A DNA stretch of 63,154 nucleotides, counting the filler, from Sphacelaria rigidula (lineage: Eukaryota), in NCBI GenBank assembly GCA_964200075.2. It is 6 parts of 6 records of this genome, joined end to end, with 100 filler letters (N's around TTAATTAATTAA, not from the genome) between each part and the next. Parts side by side here need not be neighbours in the genome. Positions count along the whole stretch, not along the records: positions 1 to 10,444 come from CAXNAA020006479.1; positions 10,545 to 20,987 come from CAXNAA020006480.1; 4 more parts are not named here. The stretch is one strand, 5' to 3'. A program made the translations under genes and the position numbers. The notes under the pieces are model-generated. The model did no database searches and was not told the DNA's origin. It worked only from the letters and a program-made list of their open reading frames with translations. Of this stretch, positions 1 through 14,100 are shown piece by piece. How positions within the stretch are numbered: the stretch's first letter is position 1; each line of letters starts with the position of its first letter.

Positions 1-479
1 GCGGTTTCTGGAGGCGAACTGTCCGTTTTCGCGTGCCCATATCTCTCGAGTAAAATGTTTTTTATCCGTTTTTTTCGAGTCCCGGGTGCCAATGGCCCCC
101 ACGAACGATGTGAGTGAAACCTCCGGAGCAAAAACTGTCAAAATGGTGTGTTTGGCTGTTTTCGCGTCTCTGGCCGTTTTTCGTACCTTTCCTAGGCAAA
201 AAACGAGGAGGTATACCTTTTCTAGGCCATTGCCCTAAAATAAATGTCGTCTGTATTCATTTACCATAAGGTAAATTCCGGATGCATTCAATTTTGAGAG
301 TAATCCAGCTCATGTGTAATGACAGTAACTGAACTTGTGAAGCCACTGAGATGATGTCAACGGGCACATCAGGATTTCATCGTCGTTCAATCTGTGATGA
401 AAGACCCCACACACTCGAAGCGGGTCAGTCAATGTCTGATACAATTTTTCATACCTGAAAAGCTATATGTTACACATAC

Positions 480-3400
480 CTCTCCACACCGACCGTTCCG
501 ACGTTGCCAAGGTCCTCAAGGGCAGTCTGTAGGTCGTCAGCTGAGATATCGTATGCAAGGTCGTCGGCGACATACCCTTCCAACTCCAAGCTGAAGCTAC
601 CGCCCAACTGGTTCCCTTTAACGACCTGTCAGTTCCAAGGGTTCAAATAGATCGAGGAAGGCATAGGATGATATAAAGTAGTTGCAGAGTCGGCCTACTC
701 AATATTATGTGTGGAATTTTCACTAGACTAAAAAGTCGCAAACACAACGGCTGAAGTAGATATCTTTATTGTACTTGACATCACCCTAGCATGGATCCAG
801 ATCTCTAAACCGATATGTAAAATAGCTATCAAGGGGAAACCAGTGGGTTAAAATCCCGGCAGATACCACGATCTTTTGTATCCTAGCCTGTCTCCGTCAA
901 AAGCAAGGGCGCGAGGGGTGAACAGTAATCCATGAAAGTCGACGAGTATGGGAGGTCTGCTTCACTCCCTGACTCCAAAATGTCGTATTGGGGAAGACGG
1001 GTTGATCTCTTGAGATCCCTTCATATTTTGAACTCGTCGCAAAGAATTGAGACACTGGAAGGGTATGACTTGACCCATACCGGAATGTATATCAGACATT
1101 CCAGTATGGTTCGGCAGGATATCGAGCGCTGTCCCGAATACTCCGATGGTCCGAAATAAAAATAATTATGTAGATGGACGTTTGCTGTTTGGTTGTGGTG
1201 GATCCTAAGAAACGGAGATCTAGCTTATGAATCGCCTGGAGATGCATATCAGGCGAAGATGTTGACCTGGTATGATTCCGATATTATGATATGCTTCCAG
1301 TGAGAGCACGAACGCATCGATTGTTGTGCTGACATCATCAGTAGCAGTCCTTGTTGATACACGCGAAGATGGGAGTAAATGCTGGTTGATAGGTTGATAG
1401 GTTGATAATAATACCGTGATATGCCGATGTCCCGATATGCCAGCGTTCATTCATCGGTGATGCGCAGCCTAATTACCTCCTCCACGGTGATGGTGACCGA
1501 ATATCCCGTGAGGTCGTTGTCGGCGAGAACGGGCGGAACATCGCCGGGGTACTCCAGGAAAGTAACGGACCAAGCATAACCGCCGCGTCCATCACCATCC
1601 GACCTACCGCAAATCGTTCGGCGGTGGGTGTTTAGAGCGGAAAAAGTCGAACCGTTGAAGGCAAAAATGCCGGGGGTGGAAACTGTGGATCCAAACACGG
1701 GAGGTCTTATTCATTCGAGTTGACACCGCAACTCTAGACTACTCATTTAGCCCAATCGAGGGGGCAAAGGGCGGGGAGTTGCCTGAAATTCAATACACTG
1801 TGCTACAAACAACGCTGAGAGATGTTTAAACTGAAAATGACTCGGCCATACAACGTTAGGGTTACTCTCGGAGTGAACACGTGCTCCAGTGTGAAAGATG
1901 GAGGCTAGTTGACCGCGAGTAAGATAAATCGAAATGAATGAGTGACGAAGAAGGAGGTTGGATCGACTGATTTGCAGGGTTGCCTCATGACCACCGCCAC
2001 ACTCCCAAAAAAGTGAAATAATGTACCAGGCTCCGTACGCGTATTTTTGTGCACTAGAGTACTGCTGCAGCTGCGGCAGGTCCCTGCAGAGTGAGTTGGT
2101 TTTGATTTTCTCGGTCAATGTGAAAGGCATTCGATCCCCGCCTCGGAAAATGTGATGGCTAGGGGATGCGGTAACAGAAGCGAGACATGCGGGCCCTCGA
2201 TCGGAAGCATCAACACTCCCCCGAGACAGCCGACTTTGGGGGTGCGGTCCTGGAAAAAAGGGTCGGGCTATTTCACAGCGAACACTGTGGGTGCTGCACC
2301 GGTGCAACCCGGTACGAAATGGAGGGACCGACCCTAAAGCAATCGAAACAACGCTTACGAAAATTACGAGCGTTAGAGATCAACGAATGCTGGCTGGGCC
2401 CGCACTTTCTCGTTTTTGAAAATTATGCGAATGGTCGCCGCCCGTGGATGTATTTATTGAAATTTTCCGCATTTAGGAGAGCTGGTAAAATAATTTCCAC
2501 CCTATTTCGACACAGGCGAGGTCGATAGTACATGCCACAAAGTGGCATATGTCTATTTACATGTCAGATGAACGGTTTTAGATGCAGCCATTTCATACAC
2601 CGTCCGATCATTTTGCAGTAATAAAGAGCGAAACCAAATGATGGCACTTCGCTGCTTTTGTGGTCAGAATCTTTTTGCTTGTTCAAGGTCTGTAAATGCC
2701 TCGATGCCGAAGGGAGCTATGGAGAACGTTACAAAACAAAGTACTACAACACCCAGTTGTGCTCGACGGCATCCGTGGTGCTAGATATCCTGCAAATGCT
2801 GGCCATCCACTTTCGTACAGTACCTTGTGACGTTGACATCCCCGAGACCTGTTGCTTCGAGTAGTATTTCCATGTCCTCGGCCGAGGCATCAGCGGCGAT
2901 GGCGTCCGTATCGTTTAGGTAGAAGCTGCCTCCAACTTCATTACCGTCCACAAGAGCCGACACCTTCGAACATAACCGAACGCATATCAAAGGCGCCCAG
3001 CACAGTATATATACCGGAGACGGTCTGACTTTGTTGAGGGTCGAAAGGTTGAACACTCGGCACCGTTACACACACAACAGCAACGTTAATAAAAAATGCC
3101 CAGCAGCATTTGGTCGGCTCGGTCTGCTCGCATTTCCCTTTTTTCTGCGAACACAGGGGATTCTGTGTTGGCCTTTCCCTTTTTCGTTCAGGCAGGGGAT
3201 GGTGATTTCTGCCAACACAGGGTATCGCATAGCAAGGATGCGTTTTCTGGTGAACCAATTTGGAATTGTCCCAAGTGAAGAGAAGCCAAAGTCCAAGTGT
3301 CATCTTCTGAGGGAGCTTGATACAATATAGGTAGCGAGTACTACATAACACCACCGGCAACCTCATACCACTACGCGCACGCGTCGTCTACTACATCTAC

Positions 3401-6400
3401 TGTTTCCTTCACCCAATACAAGAAAACAAAGATAAGTGGAAACCTTCATACTCACACTGAGCTGCTGACTATATCAAGGGAACATACGCTGGCCAACGTA
3501 TTCATATATGCTACATCAACGGGAAAAACATACAATATGTTTGTTTGCGATGCAGTGCCCAGGGTAGTGCTAAGTAGTTGAACAATGGAGGGAGATAGCG
3601 GGTAACTGACATCAAAAACGTGAAATATAACAGAAACATCACAACATATCACTACTTTTTCTAATTTCACCTCGCAAGATCCCTCGAAATCGTCTTGGGT
3701 GATGCAGACCAACTCCGCCACGGCGCCCTCATTACTGGAGAACGACATCGTCCACGAGTTTCCGTTTTGCTCGTCTGCCACCCCTCGGTAGGTCAGCATG
3801 GGGGCTTCAACGGAGGGTAAAACAGACAGGTTACCTGTAACACTCGAAGCATCCACATCGTGAGATAGGAAGAACCCTCCCGCAACGACGTCGGTAATCA
3901 TTACGCCGTGGGCGTCGGTAGAGTTGTCGAGGGGAGTAAGCACGCCGTCCACGGTCGTGGAGAATGACGAGCATCCGGTTGAATTTGTTGCCAGTGATGG
4001 TGGGAACAGAGATGCCGAGGTTGATGCTCCGTGAAAGGCGTTTCCATCGAAGAATATGCTGTAGGTGTAGCCCCATCTATGGTTATCACAGTACGAGAGC
4101 CGTTGAAAGACGGGAGGCAGACATTGCATGCAGAGTCTTTTTAACTCTCTCAGGAACTTCGCGATCGCCGGGAATAACCTACTACAGTCCGTAGAACTTG
4201 AAAATACCAAGTTTCCTGACATTGTGGTACTACGGAAGTGTATCCTGCGTCCAGTGTTAGTGCGGTACTAACCTGTCCGCTTCGCCACCAGAGCCGACCC
4301 GCTCAACTTCCACGGAGTCGACGTTGTTCAAACTCTCCAGAGCCGTCTCCACTTCCAGCGCCGTCGAATCCCAGTAAAGACATTTGGTCGACATCTCTGA
4401 AGAGCTGAAGTTCACTGAGAGGCGATACGCCCCTACGTCTTTGGTCAGTTCAACGTCCGAGAAAACCTGGGTATGCGCCGACAAAATGTAGAAAGCGAAC
4501 CGATTTCAGGTGCACTATGGAAGGATATATCGAAGGGTGGTGGGTCAAGACAGACGCTACCATGAAATGTAAATCATTTGGAGTCATCAGTAATTCATAG
4601 TGAATACATATCATAGAGATGCGATACACCTCGACATGTTTCATCAATTCGACGCCCGAGCACACCTGAGTGCATCGCATCGAGAGAGGGCAAGGGAACG
4701 GACTGGATCTCAAGATGATCATATTTCAGACAAGGGGTGAGCTAGAATGGCAGCGTCAATGACCCAGGCTATGAAAACAAATGTAGTTGGTTGGGCGCTA
4801 GCGACGTTTCTTTATCGTTCACAACTGAGGCGTAGAGAACAGCGAAACATAACCCGCTAAGAAGAGGATATTATGACCTGCTGTGCCGGGGGTGAGGTCG
4901 AATCATGGCAGGAGTAATCGGATGGGTTGAGATGTCGCCCGGAGTAGTCCAAACTAGCTAGCGATATTCTCTGCAGAATCATGAGTTAGAGCGCGAAGAT
5001 GTGGTAAAATACGCTTGAAAGGGTGCACAAACACGGGCTCAAAAGACTCCTCCGCAGCAAGCGCTCCGCCAACACCTATTTTTGACATCACTCAGAGTGC
5101 TCCCCATACGCACCAACAGTACAGGGTTCCATGCCATGCACGTCGAGCGGTGAGGTGCTTCTGTCCTGCTGCTGCAAAGTTCGAGTGTGTACCGTACTGG
5201 TACTAGAAACGTGAAGGCTTCTACTTCCTCACGCCGGCCATGCAAAAATACACTTCGTTTGTTGTGGATTCCTCCGCCCATTGAACGCGCACCTTCACGT
5301 TTTGAATGGTGGTCGAGGTTCCCATAGCTTCACCATCGTTAAGCGTTTCTACTGCAACTTCTGCGTTTCCCCCACCGACAACTTCGAAGTCCGAGCAGAC
5401 AGAGGTGTTCCTTGAGAGAGTCGCCACATTGCCGATGACTTCCCGACCCACGAAGGTGACATCATATGCGTATCTATACTTGCCGTGTAGAGGAGGTGGG
5501 GGTAGTAGCATGACGACGACATGGATGCAATCACCGACATAAACGATCAAAATAGCATGCACACAGCGTTCGTAAAACAGCCTATACAAGACACTACACA
5601 AATATCAAACATTGTGCAATATGATGAAAATGAGGATTGAATGACCCATGTGACACACCCGCCTTGTACAAAATACCCGACGTGAATTCGATGCTTTGTT
5701 CAGAGCATTGAATAGAGTTTTACTATAACAAGCTACACGACAAAAAAAAATGCAATCCTGTACTGTGAACAAGGTTTGTAGGTTGTGACTGCAACATGTT
5801 CGTCTGTGCAGCGGTAGTGTTCACGTTCTGCGCGTCACACAGATGGCTACAGTACGCGAATGGAGATGTGGCGCTTTCTTTTAGAACGGAGAACCAAGTG
5901 TATACCGGCAAGAGAACTACAGTAGCGAATACCCTTGTTGGGTGGAGAGTGACACCATATACACTTGTCTCACAAGCTATGGAAAAATACCGTACTGACC
6001 CTAACAAGTCCAACTATATCGTACTCCTCCCCGCATAAACGAAACGATCATAGTTACCCGAAGTCATAGACGTTGGACGCGTCGCCCGAGCGCACCACAA
6101 TTACGTCATCCACCTCCGTCAAAGCCTCAAGAGCGTCCGCCACCTGATATTTTGTTTTTGTCGGGTAACATGTTGTTGGACATTTATTGAAGAGTGAAAA
6201 CTCAGCGTTTCGGATGCTGTTCGCCGAAAAACGCAAATTTTGATCCGTAGACAGTGCACCCCAGACGCACAAGTAACGCAATATACTCGATTAGCCTGAA
6301 CTGTCGAAAATTGACAGCAACGAAGATACTTGGCTATGAGCTCAGCATAATATACACAGTTCCGAAGGAATAAAGCGTGCGGATATTCCCGAAACTTTCT

Positions 6401-9400
6401 ACATCGCCCGGGGGGTGCGGTTAGTTTTTCTGTACGCGCTGACATTTCGGTGCGGAAGTATCGAGGTCCGAAAACGGTTAGCAACCGCAGCAGCTAGAAG
6501 ATAGAAACCTGCGCTTCTCTTTTCGAAAATATCACCCTCTGCCGTGGTCGAAAGCGAGTTGCGTTGAGGGATAGGGTCCGCAAACAAGCATCCAGTCAAC
6601 GTCAGAAATACAGCGAGAACATAAGTATACTGTATGCTTGGAGCAAGTGGATTTTGCTCGTGCAATTCAACCTCCGATCTAATCGTGATTTCGGTGTTAC
6701 GGAATTCTCCAAACGAAAATATTTAATCAATCAACTCAAGTGACATTTCTGCCTTGCAGTTGGCACTCGATACGATGAGAAAAAGAACTGTAAATGCTGT
6801 CCCGTGCATGATGATGACGGAGCACTTCACCTCGTCGGCATCAGCATGCCACTCCAGACAAGAAGTCGCTTCCGTGTAGGAGGAGAGGTTCCCCGTGCCT
6901 TGTTCAGCCGACCATCGGGTGTAGGACAGGCTATAGTTTCCGGTAGTTACCTCTCCGGCAGCGGAGAGGGTAACCTTCAGTGCACATTCCGCAATTGTTA
7001 TGAAAACGACATCGACAGTTGTTAGCTTACAAAACGATGATCTGTAGGAATGACCCTGTACTTCTTGGTGCTGGGTTTCAGATGGTCAATGTATTACACT
7101 GCCGGAGGAATACTGGGGTCCTGGGGTGCCATCCGAAAAACTCAAATTTGGCGCGGACTCTAAACTGGCGTTTCGTGGTTGAAAGGTTAGTGAAGCCGAT
7201 GTCGTACGTTGAACCCTACGATGCCAATATTTCCTGCGGACAATATTTCAAACGGGTCAGAATATTTCAAAGAGGTCACGTCGAACATTTACCTGAAATT
7301 TCTCGTTTCATCATCGCTCATGTACATTCGTTGTCGAAAACGCTCGTCTGACTGTAAAACCGTCCGCCGTGTTCAAACGGACGTGCTCGTCTACTCAGTT
7401 GGATTTATTGATTTCATTGTCCAAGCCGATATTGTTCAGTGATGATGTTGCAGACGAGCATGCTGCTGAGGCGCAGAGGAAACACGAAAATCAAGCATGT
7501 CGATACCCTCACCCGTTGCTGCTCGGGGAAGTGGAGAGCGAAGTTCCCGCTCACGGTTTGACCCTCATCGGCAAAGACTGACATAAGCTGGACCGCCACG
7601 ATGGCTGGTGCTGCAGTGGTGATTGTTTGCACTTCGTCTACGTGCGTAGAGGCAACCGTGACGGTTTGAACCTGCGTCGTGCGTGCATTTAATAAGATTA
7701 GAGACAAATTGTTGTGTCGAGTTGGACGGGTTTGAGGGGGGGTTTGCTGGATGATTTTGTGCTACTATTGAGTGCTTGCATCTCGAAGCCTCCAAAGCGT
7801 TGGTGACACGAATGCGTCCTTCAGGAATAGGGCGCGTGAGAACATAAAGCAGTGAACGTGGTTAACGGCGTCATGGAGTTCCTATCCTACCCCGCACATA
7901 CTTCGGCACAGCTCGAACAACTTCAAACCCGGACGTTCGTCGCGGGGCCTTCGTAGTGCGTGGTAAGACAAAGCGGGGAAAATGCAAGAGCGGTTGTCGC
8001 CAGGGGTACGGGGGGCGGGCAGATTGTCTGGTTCAAACCGTGAAAATATACCCCACACTGTCGTTGAATGTTACACCTGCCATTGCAAACGTTTGTATGT
8101 TTTCCACCTGCTGCAGGCTTGCAACTCAATGTGTGCGTTCGCAAGAAACTCTATCGTAGGGCTTTAGCACCCGCACCTTCAAGTCTTATCAGACGGTATC
8201 ACTCGCACCGCTGGCTTCGCAGATATCCAGTGCCAGACAGGGTACTACACGCGATAGCCAACTCTCGTGGGTGTCTGTTTACCAGCCTAGCCCTGGTTTG
8301 AAATCGAAATGTCCTCAAAACATACTACCACATGAGCCCTGAGCGAAACGCAGGACAATAGACGAACTCATAGCTAACACTTAACGCTTGCGATAGTTGT
8401 GACGGTGGTATATTAATCACGCCTTGAAGTATTGCCTACCTCATCAACATGCAGCGCTACTCCTGCAGTCAAGTTCCCAGGAGAATCTGGAGCCTGGGCT
8501 GCCGTAGTAAGAGCCAAGCCATCACCGTGCTCACCAAACCCAAGCGAATTTGCAGCCGAAACTTGTAGGAAGTAGGGAATGCCTGTTTGAACGTTCGAGA
8601 CAGCATGTCTCGAGGGCAAAACACCCTTCACTATTTCAGTGGAGAACACCGTCACATCTGATGTCTCGCCTGCCAATGATTCAGCGTCTCCGACCAGAGT
8701 CTGCATTTGTTCGAACAATATACGGGAGATTGATCACAAAATGAGCCGCATCGTGTATAAAACTGGACAGGCAACGGTGGTAAGCTCATCGAAGTTGTAT
8801 CGTACTTTCTCGGACTGGATGCGATTATCTATTCACACCTTATGTTAAGGAGGTTGTGGTTGTTTCCCGTACAGTTGTGCACGCCTTGGGGAACACTGGA
8901 ACAACTACTGTATGTGACCTTAGTGATGTGAAGTTGACTGCGTAGTTGTTTTCTGGGGAAAACCTTCAGATCACATCGTTCATACGCACCTGTGAACGAT
9001 TGGGACTGTAATCACATACGGCTTCAATCCGAGACGTTAGTTGCTTACGTAAAATCGCCCGTGCGTTTCAACTGCGCTAGCCGTCATGAACATGTATCGT
9101 GCTACGTCGTTGTCGTTGTGCAACGAGGCCCCATGCCTGCGACGCGGAAAGATCGTGAAACATGCGTCTTACCTCCACGTCACCCAGGTTGGAGTCGAAG
9201 GATACCGCGTACAAGTGTCCCGATACGCGGAATAAGGACAATTCCTCTGTTCCGTCACCGCCAAGAAACCTGGAAAGCCCGTGGTTGTGGACATGTTCGG
9301 AATCAGCGAGTAGACGCCTTAGTGCTGGCTACCATTCGAACTCGGCCCATTCAATGAAATGACAGAAAAACTTGGTCCCTACTTCGCAATTCCGCAGAAC

Positions 9401-10323
9401 TGGGTACGTCGGTGGACAAATGGTGCCTCGGCTGGTAAGGATATCCTGTTCTAGAGTCATTTATGCTACAAGAGCACATCCTTGAGACTATGCATCGTGT
9501 CGAATAGTCAGAACAGATTCATGATGATGCCATCTGATCGCACATTTCAAGACGACCTGGATTGCATTTCTTGGAGTCCTGACGATGTTTCAAAATAGAA
9601 GTGGACGCGAACGTGACTCAGTGGAGGGCATATTGAGAAAAGCCGGAGACTGCGTTTCACGGGAAGCGGACGAGTGTCGATCAGTTCAAGTCGAGATGTA
9701 TCGTACTGTGGAGTATAACTTGGTCGAGACGTTGAAGATGTGGTGGGATATGACATGCTTCATATTTTGTACTGATTCGAAATAAACTTTGCGATAGCTG
9801 CGATCGTGTGAAACAGTCGTTCTCTTAAGTAACGAATACTTCCGCACGTGAGCCCTGCGCGATGAGAAAGATACTACTTGCACCTCTACTAGCATTGACT
9901 GTCAGCGGCATGCTGTTGATTGTCCGTTTTTCACTCGATAACCTCATGATACATGACAAATAATAAGGGTAAATGGTGATCAGCTCAGTCACATAGGCTC
10001 TACTCTGATTCACCGAATCCGAACAGCACAAAGCAACGCAACACCAGCGTGAGACGACTGGCTGCAACGCCAAAATATATGCGACACGTCCGCTGAGATG
10101 TAAGACAGGCTCGATCGTAATTATCTCACCTTCCCTCTAGCGAAGAATCTTCGATATCACCCAGGGGAAGCTCAACCGCCGAAGCGATTCCGCCCGCCGT
10201 GCTCCCCTGATTCACTGTCGCCAGCACAACGCTTTCACCCGACGCAGCAGCAAAATTCACGCAGCCAGCATAGCTCACGTTTAACCCTTCTTCAGTGTAA
10301 GGATCTGGCACGTTGGTCGCGTC
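480..10323 (-). CDS. Partial spliced gene for a large FN3/beta-repeat ('titin-like') protein; 11 exons, both ends missing
   Basis: Exons in transcript order: 10323-10130, 9269-9173, 8700-8440, 7671-7513, 6974-6831, 6143-6058, 5473-5293, 4466-4273, 4076-3671, 2963-2824, 1603-1477, plus a further exon at 625-480 (12 in total counting it). All have AG/GT ends and matching phases. FN3 signature PYFLQVSAANSLGFG...APDSPGNL. Recurrent modules GGSFxL...DxSAxDxxxALExLxxVxxVxVxR and GYxWxVTF...GDV. Confidence 0.85.
4555..4667 (-). pseudogene. Degenerate tandem copy of exon 4466-4273 (pseudo-exon)
   Basis: CAG|GTGTGCTCGGGCGTCGAATTGATG aligns with CAG|GTTTTCTCGGACGTTGAACTGACC. Translation VCSGVELMKHVEVYRIS versus VFSDVELTKDVGAYRLS. 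Confidence 0.7.
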
Positions 10324-10444
10324 CTTTGGGGAAAGTGTGGGAGAGGTGTGTGCATGTGGAAGAGGGTCAGGTTGTGGGAGGGGGGGGGGGGGGGGGACTT
10401 CACGTTGTTCTGGCCTTTGTAGGTGGACCAATGAACACCCCCCC

Positions 10445-10544
10445 NNNNNNNNNNNNNNNNNNNNNNNNNNNNNNNNNNNNNNNNNNNNTTAATTAATTAA
10501 NNNNNNNNNNNNNNNNNNNNNNNNNNNNNNNNNNNNNNNNNNNN
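10445..10544. other. Artificial contig linker
   Basis: 44 N + TTAATTAATTAA (stop codons in all six frames) + 44 N. Confidence 0.97.
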
Positions 10545-11125
10545 CCTTGCATGCCATTCATAAGACCATTGACCTCGCATCCCTACAAAGCCGGGACGGA
10601 GCACGCCGGGTTTTCGCTGGGGGGGGGGCGCTTTTTGTCACACTTTTATCCCTTCCTTTGGACGGGTTTGTGGTCTGAAGGGATCAACCGACCCGTCTCT
10701 CCTACTGTACATACATTACATTTCGGTCTCGCGGATTGGATCGTGACTGGGGGGCCAGTTAAAGTGCGACAATCAATCAATCGAGTCAAATTTCTTCCTC
10801 TTGGACCTTTACAACTGTAGCGTACCGTGCTGTGCTGCTGTGCTATGCTATATTTCGACGAAAATATTTCACGTTTCAGCGAGGTACGCCAAAGTCAACA
10901 TAGGCCTCTTCCTCTCTCTCGCTCTCTTCTTTCTCTCTCTTCCATGTACAAAGCATACGCAGCATGTGTTCACTCTAAGTTTCCTTCGTCTCTCTCTCTT
11001 GTCCGTCATCATGTCTGTCTGCCCGCCTCCGCCTGCCTCCTTCTTGGTCTCCCTATATTCTCTCTGCCGCGCAACACACGCGCGCGCGCACGCACTCACG
11101 TACGACAGTCACGTAGCCTGTGCAG

Positions 11126-14100
11126 AGATCCCGAGTTAATGCAGGTGGAAAGCGAGCGCGAGCGGGCGCAGCGCGCTTTGGCCGAAGCCGTTGTTCGAAA
11201 CATGGGTCCCCAAGAGCTCTTTGCCATCGCCTCCGGTCGGTTGGGTGCCAACACCGTCCTCACGGCTGCGGCAGCGCGCAGGCGAGATCAGGGTAACTTT
11301 GAGGAGGAAACAAGAGGAGTTAGCGAGGTGAGGCCGGGGGGTGGTGGGGAGAGAGGGGCACGTACTCGATTCATTGCTTGCCTTGGCCGTTTGGCCATTT
11401 ACCACGGATCCCTTTCGAGACGGAGCACCGTTCCTACTCCTGGTAGAGACACCTCCAATATTTTGTTGCTCATTGCGTTTCTTCCATACTTGCCCTGCAT
11501 ATTCCAGTTTCGGTAAATCACGTTCATCAGATTACACCTCTCAATCCTAGTATCTAAGCAAATCTCGCAGCATCACGTTCATCTTGCCTATTTGAGTCTT
11601 CCCAATTTCTATAACCTTTATGTATGCATCCAAGAACAATGTTCTGAGATCTCCACACCCAAGATATGTATACTGGTCCACAATGAGCAATTCCTCTGCT
11701 GCCCACTTCCATTTGAACTCTACCAAGTTTTCCTTATCTTCATTACATACGAGTACCACGCATTTGTTGTACGTTCGCTGCCACTGCCCATTTCCTAGTG
11801 TATTCTAGCGCCTTCTCTATTTGCTTCTGCAATGCTTATGGTGTTTCTGATACCCCCACGAAATCATCCGGGAACATCAATCCCGATACCGTATCTTCCA
11901 CCACCTTGACTCTTTGCCTTGCTGCTCCCATTGCAGGAGGGAGGCGGAGGACTTGAGCAAAGTAAAAACGAAAACAAATCCTGTGTTGGCCTTCCTCCTG
12001 TGTGACCCCGGCTGATGCGCCCATAAATACCAAAATTTGTAGACTGGCGTCCAAAATAGATGGGACGACAACACACGCACACACACACACATTGCTTTTA
12101 TCAGGTATTCAATATATACTTTGAGTGAAATGGGTAATAGCGTACATCCTTGTGTAACTCATCATCAGATATGCAATTATTTCGATATTTCTCCTTCTAC
12201 CATCATGGCACTCGCACTAAATGGGCTACAGCATACGGCTCCGTTTGTCGGCTGGCCCAGCCTTTACATCAGAGGTTCTCACCTCAATTTTAAGAATTGA
12301 AATTCACCTTTGGTGTGGAGACTCGGTAGGGCATAATGAAGATTGAAAATTTCTGAACCCTGAGATTATTTTTTCATGAGTTCGGGACGTGAGGAAAGAT
12401 AGATCTTGCTCTATGCCGTTAACTCATTTTTTTTACAGGGTGGGGATATATATATATATATATATATATTGGTTATGCCCCACCAATCGATTCCCCACAC
12501 CAGATTGTAAACATCAACTCTTATAATTTAGGTGAGAATCCGCGTGCAGCCTACAGATTCGCATCTAGGCTGGCGCACCTCGTAGCGTGTAAGTGTGAAT
12601 GTTAACCCCGCTATCACATGGGTGTGTTTGTGTGTACAAGGGTCTATAAAAATATCCCGGACCCTGAAACCATGTTTTCCATTCCGGAGCTCCATGAAGA
12701 GGGGGGTGTATGTATACATATATAACAAGTCCTTTATGAAAAAACTTGAACACTATTATAGTTCTTATCCTGAACGAACTACTTGATCTTGGAGTAGGAA
12801 ATCAAGTTACTTGATCTGAATATAGATGACGAACATCACTTGGTCTTGCACTAGCGTATGCAAGTTACTTGATTTGAGTATAGGTCAACCGATTCCCTTA
12901 TTTATACTCTGCCTGAGGTAGGTTACTTTGACTAACCATAGGTGAACCAAGTAACTTGATTTAAACTAAGCAAGTTACTTGATCTTTGTATGGGGATGCA
13001 CGTTACTTGATCTTTGTATGGGGATGCACGTTACTTGATCTTTGTATGGGGATGCACGTTACTTGACCTGAGTAGTACCGTGTTGTACACTTGATTGTCC
13101 TCTGCACGAGAGAAGTAAAATGAAGCCGGGTTCAAATCGCAGTCTCGTGGGGGAGGGGTTAGTGGAGTCACCGTGAAATTTGTGTGATAATAACGTGCAT
13201 TAAATGATGTGTGTTCATGTCAAAGCGTTGTGTACTGAACTGTTGGATAATCCCCCCCCCCCCCCCCCCACCCGGTGCGCGCTCCGTGTATTACGCAACA
13301 GGCAACGCGTAAGTCGTTTGTGAAGATGTTGGCGGGGAAAAAAGGCAGCGCTCCTATTCCCGAGACAGAAGTTTTCGCCAAGAAATCGCGCTTTTACTCT
13401 GCTTCTTGTATCGGTGGTACTGCCAGAACGCCGACCGCCTCGCTGAAGGCAGCGATGGCTGGTGGCAACCTCGCCCCCAGCAGTGCTGTGATCGCGGCGG
13501 CGCCTGTGATTGCACAAGCTGGGGACGCAGAGGCGCTGACGCTAGCTGCTGACGCCAAAGAGGAGAAGCTGAGAATATCCTACGGGAATTCTTCCTCGCT
13601 TGCCAGCTTGGAAGACAAGGCGAGTGTGTGTAGTCCTGGAGCGAGGGTGGCTCCGCCTGCACCTATCGGGAATGATCTCTTTGCCGCTCCCGCCAAGGTG
13701 GTGTCTATGGTTGCTACCAGTAGTAGTGCTGAATCTTCCGCGGATACGACTACTACTGTTGCAGCTGATGCTGCGCCGTCTCCTGGCGATGACAGTCGTG
13801 ATTTGGGCGACGGGTCTGCCCCGGTTATAACAGTATTGTCTCGGGATGAGATGGGTGCGTGCGAATTGTCTCCGTTGCCGTCATCATCTAGAGGACGTAT
13901 TATTAGTGATGTCAGTACCAATAGCGATGCTGGTGCCAGTCATGGTGAGGAGGAGATGTCAACTTTGGCAGCCATCGCGGCCGCAGCGCAAAAGAACCAG
14001 GCAGCGCCGGTGGCGGCAGAGGCAGAAGCCAGAGATGTACTTTGTGAGGGCGGTGATGTGACTACGCAAACGCGAATCTGCTCCCCTGCTGCTGCTCAAA

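Noticed and set aside
3784-3834. Possible 51-nt GT-AG intron within exon 4076-3671
   Set aside because: It is in frame, stop-free and encodes the expected repeat segment (LSVLPSVEAPMLTYR), so it is most likely coding.
12779-13068. CRISPR-like repeat/spacer array
   Set aside because: Core only ~10 bp, last spacers identical, eukaryotic intron, no cas genes.
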